Source: Nannocystis bainbridge
GTDB lineage: Bacteria > Myxococcota_A > Polyangia > Nannocystales > Nannocystaceae
Direction of reading: 5' to 3'
Assembly (NCBI RefSeq): GCF_028368995.1
Contig: NZ_JAQNDL010000003.1
Location: 32,001-96,000, forward strand
DNA length: 64,000 nucleotides
Part shown: positions 28,501-38,109 of the stretch, piece after piece
Position numbering within the stretch: the stretch's first letter is position 1
Layout: every line of letters begins with the position of its first letter
The notes under the pieces: model-generated
The model's database searches: none
What the model saw: the letters and a program-made list of their open reading frames with translations, nothing else
What the model was told of the DNA's origin: nothing
Program-made: the position numbers and the translations under genes

Positions 28501-31500
28501 CGGATCACCGCCCGGATCGCGTCGCCGTCGCGCAACGCGTCGCCCAGGCGCTTCAGCACCACCACCCCGACCCCGCTGGCCGCCACCGTGCCCGCGGCCG
28601 CGGCGTCGAACGGCCGGCAGTGCCCGTCGGGCGACAGGATCGATCCATCCTCGTGGACGTGGCCCAGCACCGTCGCCGGCGCCACCGCGGCCCCGCCGGC
28701 CAGGGCCACGTCGCACTCGCCCGCGCGCAGGCTCTGGCTGGCCAGGTGGACCGCCACCAGCGACGTCGAGCACGCCGACAGCACCGTCACCGCCGGCCCG
28801 CGCAGCCCCAGCTTGTAGGCCACGCGCGACGTCAGGTTGTCGGGGATGTTGGCCACCCCGCGCTGGAACTCGTCGATCCCGCCCGCGCCGCCGCCGAGCG
28901 CCAGCCAGTGGCGCGGCGCGTCGCAGCCGCCGAACACCCCCACGCGGTCCGACCCGCGCGACGGATCGCAGGCCGCGTCCTCGAGCGCCGCGAACGCGGC
29001 CTCGAGGAACACCCGCTGCTGCGGATCCATCAGCCGCGCCTCCTGCGGGCTGTAGCCGAAGAACCCCGCGTCGAAGCAGAACGCGTCGCTCATCACCCCG
29101 AACGCCGGCACGAAGCCCGGCACCCGTTCGACGCCCGCCGCCGCCAGCGCCTCGTCATCGGAGAAATGAATGCCCTCGACCCCGGCGAGCAGGTTGTGCC
29201 ACAGCGCCTCGACGTCGTCGGCCCCGGGGAAGCGCCCCGCCATGCCGACGATCGCGATCGCTTCGACACTCGCCTGCGGACGGATCGCGATCGCAGCGCT
29301 CGCCACCTCCGGCACCGCCCCCGCCAGCCGCCCTGCCAGGCTGCGGATCGTCGGGTGCTGGAACAGCTCGACCATGTCGAGCCGGCGCCCGAACTTCGCC
29401 TCGATCGCCGTGCGCACCCGCGCCAGCAGCAGCGAGTGCCCGCCGAGCTCGAAGAACGCCTCGTCGATCCCGACCTCCGCCAGCCCCAGCGCCTCGCGCC
29501 AGATCTCCGCCAGCCCCCGCTCCACCTGCGAGCGCGGCAGCGCGATCGTCCGCGCCTCTGCTCGCGGGCTGCGGTCCGCCAGCGCCTGCACGTCGACCTT
29601 GCCGTTCGGCAGCGTCGGCAGCGAAGCCACCGGCACCACCGCCGACGGCACCATGTGCCCCGGCAGCCGCGCCCGCGCGAACTCTCGCACCGCCCCTGCC
29701 AGCTCCGCTTCGGGCTCGCGCGGCACCACGTACGCCACCAGCTCCTGGCGGACCACCACCACCGCCGCGTCGCTCACCTCCGGGTGGGCGCGGACCACCG
29801 CCTCGACCTCGCCGAGCTCGATGCGGAACCCGCGGAGCTTCACCTGGCGATCGAGGCGCCCCGCGAACTCGAGCTGCCCGTCGGCCCGCCAGCGCACGCG
29901 GTCGCCGGTGCGGTACAGCCGGGCCCCTGGCGCCGCCGAGAACGGGTCCGGCACGAAGCGCTCGGCCGTCAGCCCTGGCCGCCCCAGGTACCCGCGCGCC
30001 ACCCCGGCGCCGCCGACGTGGAGCTCGCCGAACACCCCGATCGGCGCCGGCTCGCCCGCCGGGTCGAGCACGTACACCTGCACGCCCGCCAGCGGCCCCC
30101 CGATCGGCGGCGGGCCCTCGCCCGGCTCGCACGCCGCCGCCGTCGCGCACACCGTCGTCTCGGTCGGCCCGTAGGCGTTGACGAACCGGCGCCCGCGGCC
30201 CCAGCGGCGCACCAGCTCGGCGCTGCAGGCCTCGCCCGCCGCCACCACGTGCACCAGGTCCGGCAGCGGCTCGTCGCCCATCGCCGCCAGCAGCGACGGC
30301 GGCAGCACGCACATCGACACCCGTTGCTCGCGCAGCAGCGCCGCGAACTCCGGCCCTGGCACCGGCAGCCCTGGCGGCACCAGGCACAGCGTCGCCCCCG
30401 CGCCCCACGCCAGCAGCAGCTCGAACACGAACGCGTCGAAGCTCAGCGCCGAGAACTGCAGCACCACGCTGCCGTCCGTCAGCCCGAACAGCCCCCGCTG
30501 CGCCCGCGCCAGGTTGATCGCGCTGCGGTGCTCGATCACCACCCCCTTCGGCCGGCCCGTCGAGCCCGACGTGTAGATCACATAGGCCGCGCGCCCCGGA
30601 TCGTCGCTCACCGTCACGTCCGTCGCCTCGGCCGCGATCGCCTCGTGATCGGCGTCGAGCCGGATCACCTGGCGCCCCGCGAACCGCTCCGCCAGGCGCG
30701 CCTGCGTCAGCACCACCTGCGCCCCGCTGTCGGCCAGCATGAACTGCAGCCGCTCCGCCGGGTACGCCGGGTCGAGCGGCAAAAACGCCGCCCCGGCCTT
30801 GAGCACCGCCACCACCGCGATCACCAGCTCGAGCGAGCGCTCGACGCTGATCGCCACCAGCGACTCCGCTCCCACGCCGCGGGCCGCCAGGTGGCGCGCC
30901 AGCAGCTCCGCGCGCCGCTCGAGCTCCCCGTACGTCAGCCGCGCCGCCCCGAGCATCACCGCCACTCGCAGCGGATCGCTGGCGGCCGCCTCGGCCACCA
31001 GCGCGTGCATCATCGCCGCCCCGCCCTGCGCCAGCGCCGGCGTCGCATTCCAGCGCGTCACCACCTCGGCCCGCTCCTCCGGCCCGAGCAGCGGCGCCTG
31101 CGACACCCGCCCTTGCGGCCGCGCGATCGCCCCGCGCAGCAGCGCCAGCAGGTGCTCGCCCATGCGCTCGATCGTCGCCCGCTCGAACAGGTCCGCGCTG
31201 TACTCGAGCAGCGCCGACAGCTCGCCGTCCTCGTCGCGCACGTAAAGCGTCAGGTCGAACACCGCCCGCGGCACGTCCGCCTCGACGCTCTCGACCTCCA
31301 GCCCCGCCAGCCGCAGCTCGCGGGCCCCCGGGGGCTGCGGCGCGAAGCCGACCTGCACGATCGGGTTGTGGCTCAGCGTCCGCTCGGGCCGCAGCTCCTG
31401 GACGATGCGGTCGAACGGCACCGCGTCGTGATCGTAGGCCGCCAGCGTCGTCTTGCGCACCTGCGTCAGCAGCTCGGCGAAGCTCGGGTCGCTGGCCAGG

Positions 31501-34500
31501 TCGACGCGGATCGGCAGCGTATTGACGAAGAACCCGACCAGCCCCTCGAGCTCGACCCGATCGCGGGCCGCCGTCGGCACCCCGAGCACGATCGTCGATT
31601 CACCGGCGTAGCGGTGCAGCAGCGCCGCGAACCCGGCCAGCAGCACCAGCGTCGGCGACAGCCCCGCCGGCGCGCCCAGGCGGCGCAGCCCCGCGCTGAC
31701 CTCGGCCCCCGGCCGCAGCGCGACCGCCCCGCCGCGGAAGCTCTGCACGCTCGGCCGCGGCCGGTCGGTCGGCAGCGACAACAGCCGTGGCGCCCCCGCC
31801 AGCGCCTCGCGCCACCACGCGATCGACCGCTCCAGCCCCTGCTGCAGGCGCCCGCGCTCCCACGCCGCGTAGTCGGCGAACTGCAGCCCCAGCGGCACCA
31901 GCCCGGCCGCCATCCCCCGGCGCTCCGCCTCGTAAAGGGCCGCCAGCTCGTCGAGCAGCAGCCGCATCGACCACCCGTCGACGACGATGTGGTGCAGGTC
32001 GAGCAGCAGGAAATGCTCATCGTCGGCGAGCTGGATCAGGCACCCGCGGAACAGCGGGCCGCGCGACAGATCGAACGGCCGCCGCACCTCGCTCGCGAGC
32101 CGGCGCTCGAGCTCGAGCGCGCGCAGCTCGGCCGGCAGGCTGCGCAGGTCGAAGCGGCGCAGCGGCACCGCCACGCGCTCGCCGATCACCTGCCGCGCCT
32201 GGCCTGCGACCTCGACGAAGGTCGTGCGCAGCGACTCGTGGCGCTCGACCAGCGCATCGAGCCCGCGCTGCAGCGCCGCCGCGTCGAGCGACCCGCGCAG
32301 GCGGAACCCGTGCGGGCAGTTGTAGGCCGTGCTGTCCGGCGCCAGGCGGTCGAGGAAGAACAGCCGCTCCTGCGCCAGCGACAGCGGCAGCGGCCCGTCC
32401 CGCCGCGCCGGCGCGATCGGGCTCGGCTCGCTCGCCGGCGCCCGTCGGGCCCGCACCAGCCCCGCCAGCGCCGCCACCGTCGGCCCCGCGTAGAGCTGCG
32501 CCAGTGACAGCTCGACCGCGAACGTCCGCCGCACCCGCGCCAGCACCTGCGTCGCCAGCAGCGAGTGTCCGCCGAGCGCGAAGAAATCGTCGTGCGCCCC
32601 GACCCGCTCGACCTTCAACACGTCCTGCCAGATCGCCGCCAGCGACACCTCGAGCTCCGAGCGCGGCGGCACCGACGTGCTCGCCGTCGCGTCGTCCTCC
32701 GGCCGCGGCAGCGCCCGCTTGTCGATCTTCCCGTTGGGCGTCAGCGGCATCGCCGGCAGCCCGACGAACGCCGTCGGGATCATCGCCTCCGTCAGCGACC
32801 GGCGCAGGAACACCCGCAGCTCGGCCGCCACGTCGCAGGCCGCCTCGCCGTGGCTGGCCACGAAGTAGGCCACCAGCCGGCGCTCGCCCGGCGTGTCCTC
32901 GCGGGCGACCACCACCGCCTCCTGCACCCGCGGGTGGCGGGAGATCGCCGACAGCACCTCGCCGAGCTCGACCCGGACCCCGCGGATCTTCACCTGGTCG
33001 TCGCGCCGGCCCAGGTAATCGATGGTGCCGTCGGGCCGCTGGCGGGTGATGTCGCCGGTGCGATAAAGGCGGGCGCCGGGCTCGCTGGCGAACGGGTCGG
33101 GCACGAACCGCTCGGCCGTCAGGTCGGGCCGGCCCCAGTAGCCGCGGGCCAGGCCCTCGCCGCCGAGGTACAGCTCGCCGGGCACGCCGACCGGGCACGG
33201 GTTCATGTGCGGGTCGAGCACGAACACCCGCGTATTGGCGATCGGCCGCCCGATCGGCGGGTGCGGCACCCACTGCGAGCGCGCTTCGGGCAGCGCGTAC
33301 GCGGTCACCACGTGCGTCTCCGCCGGCCCGTAGTGGTTGTGCAGCGTGCACCGCGGCAGCCGCTCGAACAGCGCGATCACGGGCGCGGTCAGGTGCATCT
33401 GCTCGCCCGACGTCGTCACCTCTCGCAGGCTGCGCAGCACCTCGGGCCGGTCGGCGAACTCCTCCGCCAGCTGCTGCAGCACCACCACCGGCAGGATGAC
33501 CTTCTCGAGCGCCTCGGCCTCGATCGTCGCCCCGAGCCGGGCCACGTCGTGGCGGACCGCCTCGTCGATCATGTGGACCGCGCCGCCGGTGCGCCACGCC
33601 GTGAACAGCTCGTAGAAGCACAGATCGAAGCCCAGCGCCGCGAACTGCAGCGTGCGCGCCCCGCCGAGCAGCGCCTCCGCGTGCCACTCGATCAGATTGA
33701 CCAGCGCCGCGTGCGGCATGCCGATCCCCTTCGGCCGGCCCGTCGAGCCCGACGTGTAGATCACGTAGGCCAGGTCGCCCGGGTCGGTGCGCGGCAGCGG
33801 CACCGGGCTGGCCTCGACCGCCACCTCGACCAGCACCGGCTGGGCCTGGCTCGGCGGCAGCGTGGCCGCCAGGTCGGCGCGCGTCACCATCGCCACCGCC
33901 CCGCTGTCGGCCACGATCCACGCCAGCCGCTCCGGCGGGTAGGCCGGGTCGAGCGGCACGTAGGTCCCGCCCGCCAGCAAGATCGCCAGCACCCCGACCG
34001 CCAGCTCGAGCGAGCGGTCGAGGAACAGCCCCACCGGCACGTCGGCGCCGACCCCCAGCCCGCGCAGGCGCCACGCCAGCCGGGTCGCGCGCGCCTGCAG
34101 CTCGCGGTACGTCAGGCTCTGGCCGCCGCACACCACCGCCGGCGCGTCGGGCGTGCGCGAGGCCTGGGCCGCGAACAGCCCCTGCAGGCAATCGGGCCCG
34201 AGGTAGGCCGCGCCGGTCGCGTTCCACGCGTGCACCACCGTCTGCAGCTCGGCCGGCACCAGCAGCGCCAGCGTGCTGACCGGCCGCGCCGGCTCGGCCA
34301 GCGCCGCCACCAGCACCATCTCCCAGTGACCGAGCAGCCGCGCCACCGTGTCGGGCTCGAACAGGTCGCGGTCGTACGCGGCCAGCAGCAGCCCCTCGCG
34401 CAGATCGATCGCCAGCTCGAGCTCGTGCGCGACGACCCCGAGGTCGAGCGCGACCCCCGACGGCTCGTCGCTGGCGCCGTGGAAATACACCTGGCACTCG

Positions 34501-35585
34501 GGCGCGCGAGTCGTCATCGCCGCCACCAGCGAGGCCAGCGCGCCGTGCTCCTGCGCCGTGGCGATCGCCGCCTGCGTGCGCGCCAGCAGCGAACCGAAGC
34601 CCTGCTCCGGCAGGACCGCGACGCGCAGCATCCAGCGGTCGGCCACCGGCCCCAGGCGCGGCTTCTCGCCCGCCTGGGCCGCGCGCGCCTCGACCACCAG
34701 CTCGGCCTGCCCGGTGTAGCGGTGCAGCACCGCCAGCAGGCCGGTCAGCGCGACCGTCTCGACCTCGACCCCGCCGCGGGAGGCCGCGGCCGTCAGCGCC
34801 GCCGGCACGTCGTCGCCGAGCCGCCGCGACGCCCTGGCCCCAGGACGGGCCGGCACCGGCGAGCGCGGGCGATCCACCGGCAGCTCGAGCAGCGCCGGCG
34901 CGCCGGCGTGCTGGGCTTGCCACCAGGCGATCGCGCTGCGGGTCTGCGGCGACTCCAGCGACTCGGCCTGGGCCCGCAGGTGCTGGGTATAACGCCCGGT
35001 CACCTGTCCGGGCATTGGACCGGACCCCTCCACCAGCATTCGCCATTCCTTAAGGAGGCACTCCGCGTCGCTGTCTGCATCGGCGAGCAGCGCGTGCACG
35101 ACCAATACTGCCAGGTGCCGATCGGCGCGCTGGCGGATCAGGCAGACTCGCCACGGCGGCTCGGCCTGCGGATCGAGCCCGCCGCGCGCCGCCTCGCCGG
35201 CGCGGCACAGCACCTCCTCCTCGCTCCAGTCGCCGCCCTCGACGCGGACCAGCCGCGGCGACGCGGCCGCGGCGATCACCTGCAGCAGCCGCGCTTCGCC
35301 GGTCTCCTGCGTCCCCTCGCAGAAGGTCGTCCGCAGCAGATCGTGGCGCTCCCCGAGCCGCAGCGTCGCCTGCTCGAGCCGCCCGACGTCGACCGCCCCG
35401 TCGACCCACGCCGCGGCGCAGCGGTGGTGGACCGGCGACGGCCCGAACAGCCCCAGACGCAGCCATACCAGCGCCTGCTCGCAAGAAGCAGCGATTGTGT
35501 AGCCGGCGACAGGACCCTCGCGGTGCGGCGGTCCGAGGTCGATCGAGTCCACTCCTGTGTATACATCCGAGCGACGAAGGTGCAC
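25599..35585 (-). CDS. Hybrid NRPS-PKS: C(degenerate)-A-T-C-A-T-KS-AT-ACP-TE
   Basis: A-domain cores YTSGSTGRPKG (x2), YGP, YRTGD; T domains GGHSLL (x2); C2 HHIVVDG; KS SACSTS / EAHGT / NLGHL; AT GHSLGE; ACP GGTSL; TE GHSAGG...GDHFTM. Start uncertain (GTG 35585 after GGGGGA; the ORF is open to 35807). Confidence 0.95.
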   Translation of the reverse strand: MHLRRSDVYTGVDSIDLGPPHREGPVAGYTIAASCEQALVWLRLGLFGPSPVHHRCAAAWVDGAVDVGRLEQATLRLGERHDLLRTTFCEGTQETGEARLLQVIAAAASPRLVRVEGGDWSEEEVLCRAGEAARGGLDPQAEPPWRVCLIRQRADRHLAVLVVHALLADADSDAECLLKEWRMLVEGSGPMPGQVTGRYTQHLRAQAESLESPQTRSAIAWWQAQHAGAPALLELPVDRPRSPVPARPGARASRRLGDDVPAALTAAASRGGVEVETVALTGLLAVLHRYTGQAELVVEARAAQAGEKPRLGPVADRWMLRVAVLPEQGFGSLLARTQAAIATAQEHGALASLVAAMTTRAPECQVYFHGASDEPSGVALDLGVVAHELELAIDLREGLLLAAYDRDLFEPDTVARLLGHWEMVLVAALAEPARPVSTLALLVPAELQTVVHAWNATGAAYLGPDCLQGLFAAQASRTPDAPAVVCGGQSLTYRELQARATRLAWRLRGLGVGADVPVGLFLDRSLELAVGVLAILLAGGTYVPLDPAYPPERLAWIVADSGAVAMVTRADLAATLPPSQAQPVLVEVAVEASPVPLPRTDPGDLAYVIYTSGSTGRPKGIGMPHAALVNLIEWHAEALLGGARTLQFAALGFDLCFYELFTAWRTGGAVHMIDEAVRHDVARLGATIEAEALEKVILPVVVLQQLAEEFADRPEVLRSLREVTTSGEQMHLTAPVIALFERLPRCTLHNHYGPAETHVVTAYALPEARSQWVPHPPIGRPIANTRVFVLDPHMNPCPVGVPGELYLGGEGLARGYWGRPDLTAERFVPDPFASEPGARLYRTGDITRQRPDGTIDYLGRRDDQVKIRGVRVELGEVLSAISRHPRVQEAVVVAREDTPGERRLVAYFVASHGEAACDVAAELRVFLRRSLTEAMIPTAFVGLPAMPLTPNGKIDKRALPRPEDDATASTSVPPRSELEVSLAAIWQDVLKVERVGAHDDFFALGGHSLLATQVLARVRRTFAVELSLAQLYAGPTVAALAGLVRARRAPASEPSPIAPARRDGPLPLSLAQERLFFLDRLAPDSTAYNCPHGFRLRGSLDAAALQRGLDALVERHESLRTTFVEVAGQARQVIGERVAVPLRRFDLRSLPAELRALELERRLASEVRRPFDLSRGPLFRGCLIQLADDEHFLLLDLHHIVVDGWSMRLLLDELAALYEAERRGMAAGLVPLGLQFADYAAWERGRLQQGLERSIAWWREALAGAPRLLSLPTDRPRPSVQSFRGGAVALRPGAEVSAGLRRLGAPAGLSPTLVLLAGFAALLHRYAGESTIVLGVPTAARDRVELEGLVGFFVNTLPIRVDLASDPSFAELLTQVRKTTLAAYDHDAVPFDRIVQELRPERTLSHNPIVQVGFAPQPPGARELRLAGLEVESVEADVPRAVFDLTLYVRDEDGELSALLEYSADLFERATIERMGEHLLALLRGAIARPQGRVSQAPLLGPEERAEVVTRWNATPALAQGGAAMMHALVAEAAASDPLRVAVMLGAARLTYGELERRAELLARHLAARGVGAESLVAISVERSLELVIAVVAVLKAGAAFLPLDPAYPAERLQFMLADSGAQVVLTQARLAERFAGRQVIRLDADHEAIAAEATDVTVSDDPGRAAYVIYTSGSTGRPKGVVIEHRSAINLARAQRGLFGLTDGSVVLQFSALSFDAFVFELLLAWGAGATLCLVPPGLPVPGPEFAALLREQRVSMCVLPPSLLAAMGDEPLPDLVHVVAAGEACSAELVRRWGRGRRFVNAYGPTETTVCATAAACEPGEGPPPIGGPLAGVQVYVLDPAGEPAPIGVFGELHVGGAGVARGYLGRPGLTAERFVPDPFSAAPGARLYRTGDRVRWRADGQLEFAGRLDRQVKLRGFRIELGEVEAVVRAHPEVSDAAVVVVRQELVAYVVPREPEAELAGAVREFARARLPGHMVPSAVVPVASLPTLPNGKVDVQALADRSPRAEARTIALPRSQVERGLAEIWREALGLAEVGIDEAFFELGGHSLLLARVRTAIEAKFGRRLDMVELFQHPTIRSLAGRLAGAVPEVASAAIAIRPQASVEAIAIVGMAGRFPGADDVEALWHNLLAGVEGIHFSDDEALAAAGVERVPGFVPAFGVMSDAFCFDAGFFGYSPQEARLMDPQQRVFLEAAFAALEDAACDPSRGSDRVGVFGGCDAPRHWLALGGGAGGIDEFQRGVANIPDNLTSRVAYKLGLRGPAVTVLSACSTSLVAVHLASQSLRAGECDVALAGGAAVAPATVLGHVHEDGSILSPDGHCRPFDAAAAGTVAASGVGVVVLKRLGDALRDGDAIRAVIRGSAIGNDGADKVGYTAPGLQGQVDVLRRAYAAAEVSPASVGLVEAHGTATRLGDPIEVAALTRVFAAAEARIGGCALGSIKSNLGHLSAAAGVTGLIKATLALERGQIPGTLHFTAPSPELRLAESPFFVPATAVAWPEQAGPRRAGVSAFGVGGTNAHVVLEAAPNPGPGGPGRAWQMLPLSARTSAALGSRAELLAAHLGERPTLPLADVAYTLQQRTALAPARAVVVCREGAGAQAALAGRSPGQMVRGQVRARAPQVVFVFPGGGSQHVDMGRELYAELPVFRAALDACAELFVAELGEDIRTAMYPPPGGYEAAKQRLLAPSRNMATIFAVEYALAQVLIDWGVRPAALFGHSLGEYVAAAVAGVFSLADAVALVAIRGALCDAAPPAAMVAVPLAPAAAAARLVPGLSLAAINGPESCVVAGAMTAMEPFLAALVEAGIEARRLPIATASHSALMEPLVERLVERARAVEFSPPQIRMVSGMTGEWIGAELCDPGYWGRHLRQTVRFADGTATLHADPDTVCLEVGPGGHLASFIRNHPDAGPDRLVVAAMAHPRAGRSELEALLLALGQLWCAGAPIDWQAFAGEEPRRKLPLPTYPFARTRHAIEVRPAGPTLVLAAPTPEPAANSSEAREEAPRDGLAAIVAEIWREALGVTRVHDSDNFFDLGGTSLTAVKIRARVRERFGVTTPVHALLEHPNFAEFVAALRSLIGGGAEEGERSLLVPLRPGKPGTRPIFLVQPIGGTVYTYLPLSRHLDAGGAAIFGVRASGTDAGEPVLDEVPAMAERYVAEILREQPEGPFIVGGHSAGGITAYEVARQLESRGHTVRLLILDAPSMPAVYEDVILTIEDFLRSHEAFASCESPSYQSFVAALETDAALRQIVLATCLAEQRYKPQPIAAEVVYFAANEQRDTRDTHAGMYWLDLVEGPFSLYRTPGDHFTMMDEPWVETLARLIDRHLRR

Positions 35586-35723
35586 ATTTCCCCCTGGATG
35601 CGCGAACAGCACGCGCTGGAGCGATCTGCTCCCGTCCCGCGGATTCGCCTCGGCGCGGATACGTATCGCCGGGTGAATGTCCGTAGTCGTGGAGCCAAAT
35701 AAAAGGCGAAGTCCCGTGCAGCG

Positions 35724-35818
35724 GGTGTGAATAGATATACACCGCGCCACACCGCCGACTACCAGGAATTCTACTGAGCGGACAGATGTCCGCAAGTCAC
35801 CTCGCAAATGTCATTTGC
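35724..35818. promoter_or_regulatory. Cluster of three palindromic sites upstream of the NRPS-PKS
   Basis: GGTGT-N10-ACACC (35724-35743, contains TGTGA-N6-ATACA, CRP/FNR-family-like); GCGGACA-GA-TGTCCGC (35778-35793); GCAAATG-T-CATTTGC (35804-35818). Confidence 0.5.
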
Positions 35819-37251
35819 CAGACTCACGAACTCGCGACGCAGTCCGGCGAACAAGCACTCTCGCGTCGGCGCCTCGGCGCGGCGAGGTCCGCGGAGATCT
35901 CTCTTGTGAATGACGTCGTGGAACAATTGCGGCTCCTGCAGTGAAACGCCCGCCGCGCGCCTCGCCCGGTCCGCAGCCGTTCGCCGGCCCTCGGCAGGAG
36001 CGGTCGGCATCGCGCATCCTTGGCTGTGCATCGGTGTGTCTCCACATTTCACGAGCGCTCGCGGACGCGGACGCTCTTCAGGCGAACGGTCGTCGACTGC
36101 TGCTTGCCGGGCCCCTGACCGGGCCGCCCGGCGCGACCTGACGGTGAACGAACGTCCCGGAGATCGCCGGGCGAAATCATGGCACCCCGCATCGAGGTGC
36201 CTGCAATCGATCGCGGCCGCGTGTTCGTCGCGGCTGGCGACGCGCGCGCGACGGGCCCGCGCCCCTGCGCGTGACCCGATCGCCAGCGCCCCGCGAATCT
36301 CCGCCAGGGCCCGCCGCCGAGCTCCGCTCGCGCCCGCGATCTCGCAGCCTCCCGCGAGCCGCACCGCCGACGGGCGCTCGCCGACCCGCCTCGCCGCAGG
36401 CTGGCACCTCGCGCCGAAAGCATGCCCCCGCGCGCCGCCGCGAGCGGACGCTGCAGCGCCCGGACCGTCGAGCCGCGGGTGCGAACACGGCGTGGCTCGA
36501 CCCTGCCGCGGAAGGCGCCCCGAATCACGCGCACGCCCCCGAGCCTTCGCCCGCGCGCCGCCCCGAGCCATTGATACGACACCGCGAGCGCGATTGTCAG
36601 CAGGACCGAATCGCGGCTCGCCCGCGTCCCTTCGACGATTCGACGCGATCGCCCGCTCGCGTCGAACATCGCCCAGGGTCGAGCCCTCGGAGACCCGCCC
36701 GAAAACAGTCGGCATCTTCCGACGGTACCCGCCGCGCCCGCGAATCGCAACCGGCGCAGCACCGGCGATCGCTCGTTCGCACCACCACGAGTTGCGGCCT
36801 GCAGACAGCACCTGTCGATTCACCCGCCATCCCGCTCGCGTGCGCCGCCCCGCGGCCGATTGGCCGCATGTCTCAAAGGACATCCCGATCGCCGCCCAGG
36901 GCGGCCGGCGGCATGCTTCGCGCGAATCACGGCGGGGTCATCCGCCCGGCCGCCTCGTCGGCGCCTGCTCGTCGCGCATCACCCTGAGGGTCGGCAACGC
37001 CTGCCTCGACGGCGCGCAGCGGCTGCGTCTCCGGCGAGGCACGCAAGTGCCGGCACGCCGCTCGCCCGCGCATCGCTGCGACCAGACCTCACCAGCGCCG
37101 GCTCCGCGAACCCCACCGTTTGCCCCGAGCACCGCTCGGCGAACCCCGGGTGACAGGAGGCCCGCGTCACACCTCTTCGCAATCACCGGTGCATCCGGCC
37201 CCCATCCTTGCGCTGCTCACATTGCCTGCCGCTCGCGCGCACCGGCCGGGA

Positions 37252-37971
37252 TCACGCCCGGCGCTCGGCGATGTGAATCGCCGACGTCACGCTCTGCGCC
37301 ACCGTCTCCTGCAGCAGCGCCGAGAACATCGTGTACGCCGCCTTTTGCCCGTAGTAGAGCCCGACCGCCCGGCGCTCGTCGATGCGGAAGCCGTGGCGCC
37401 ACGCGACCGCCCCGGTGTCGGCGCGACGGATCTCCACGTCCAGCTCCCCGGCGAACGAGAGGAAGCTGAACGGCACCCCGATCACCGCCAGCAGCCCCAG
37501 CGGCACCGCGTTGCTGTGCACGCGCATCTCGGTGCGGCGGATCGCCCCGTCGATCACGAACGTCGCCTCGCCGCCGGCGCGACAGCGTTCGGGCGAGGCC
37601 GTGACTTCAATGGCCCAGTCGGGCCGCGCCTCGCGGATCGTCGCCGCCAGCAGGTCCGGCAGCGCCGTGCGCAGGTCACCCGCGCGCACCAGCGGCCGCC
37701 CGTTCTTGCTGCCCACGAAGCCGCCGCGGTCGACCTGATGGAACGTGTGCCCCATATAGAAGAGATTGGGCCCGGGGATCAGGCCGACCGGCGAGGTCGT
37801 CGTCAGCACATCGCCGCGGAGGTCGTCGAAGCGGCACACCAGCAGCGACACCGGCGGCCCCACGGCCTCGGGCAGCGCGGGCAAGCGCACGGGCGCCTCG
37901 TGCAGCGACGCGAGGTGAGTGCTACAGCCCGCCGCCAGCAGCGACGCGACCACGAGTCCGCGTGAGAGCAT
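37252..37971 (-). CDS. Hypothetical lipoprotein (239 aa)
   Basis: Lipobox LAAGC, GC3-biased codons. Confidence 0.8.
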   Translation of the reverse strand: MLSRGLVVASLLAAGCSTHLASLHEAPVRLPALPEAVGPPVSLLVCRFDDLRGDVLTTTSPVGLIPGPNLFYMGHTFHQVDRGGFVGSKNGRPLVRAGDLRTALPDLLAATIREARPDWAIEVTASPERCRAGGEATFVIDGAIRRTEMRVHSNAVPLGLLAVIGVPFSFLSFAGELDVEIRRADTGAVAWRHGFRIDERRAVGLYYGQKAAYTMFSALLQETVAQSVTSAIHIAERRA

Positions 37972-38109
37972 GCGGCCTTGAACCCGAAGGACCGGCGCCT
38001 ATTCCCGCGTCGGTCGCTGCTTCCGACGCGCTCGATCGCCCGCGCCGGGCCTGACCCGGGAAGACCCCCTGTTCTCGCAGGGATCGCCGGGCCTGCGATC
38101 GGCCCTCGC

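Noticed and set aside
26220-32507. 2095-aa plus-strand ORF, and similar long ORFs such as 49217..52702, 18340..21456, 53630..56872 and 1851..3893
   Set aside because: Antisense or off-frame shadows of real high-GC genes; Arg/Pro/Ala-rich with no motifs.
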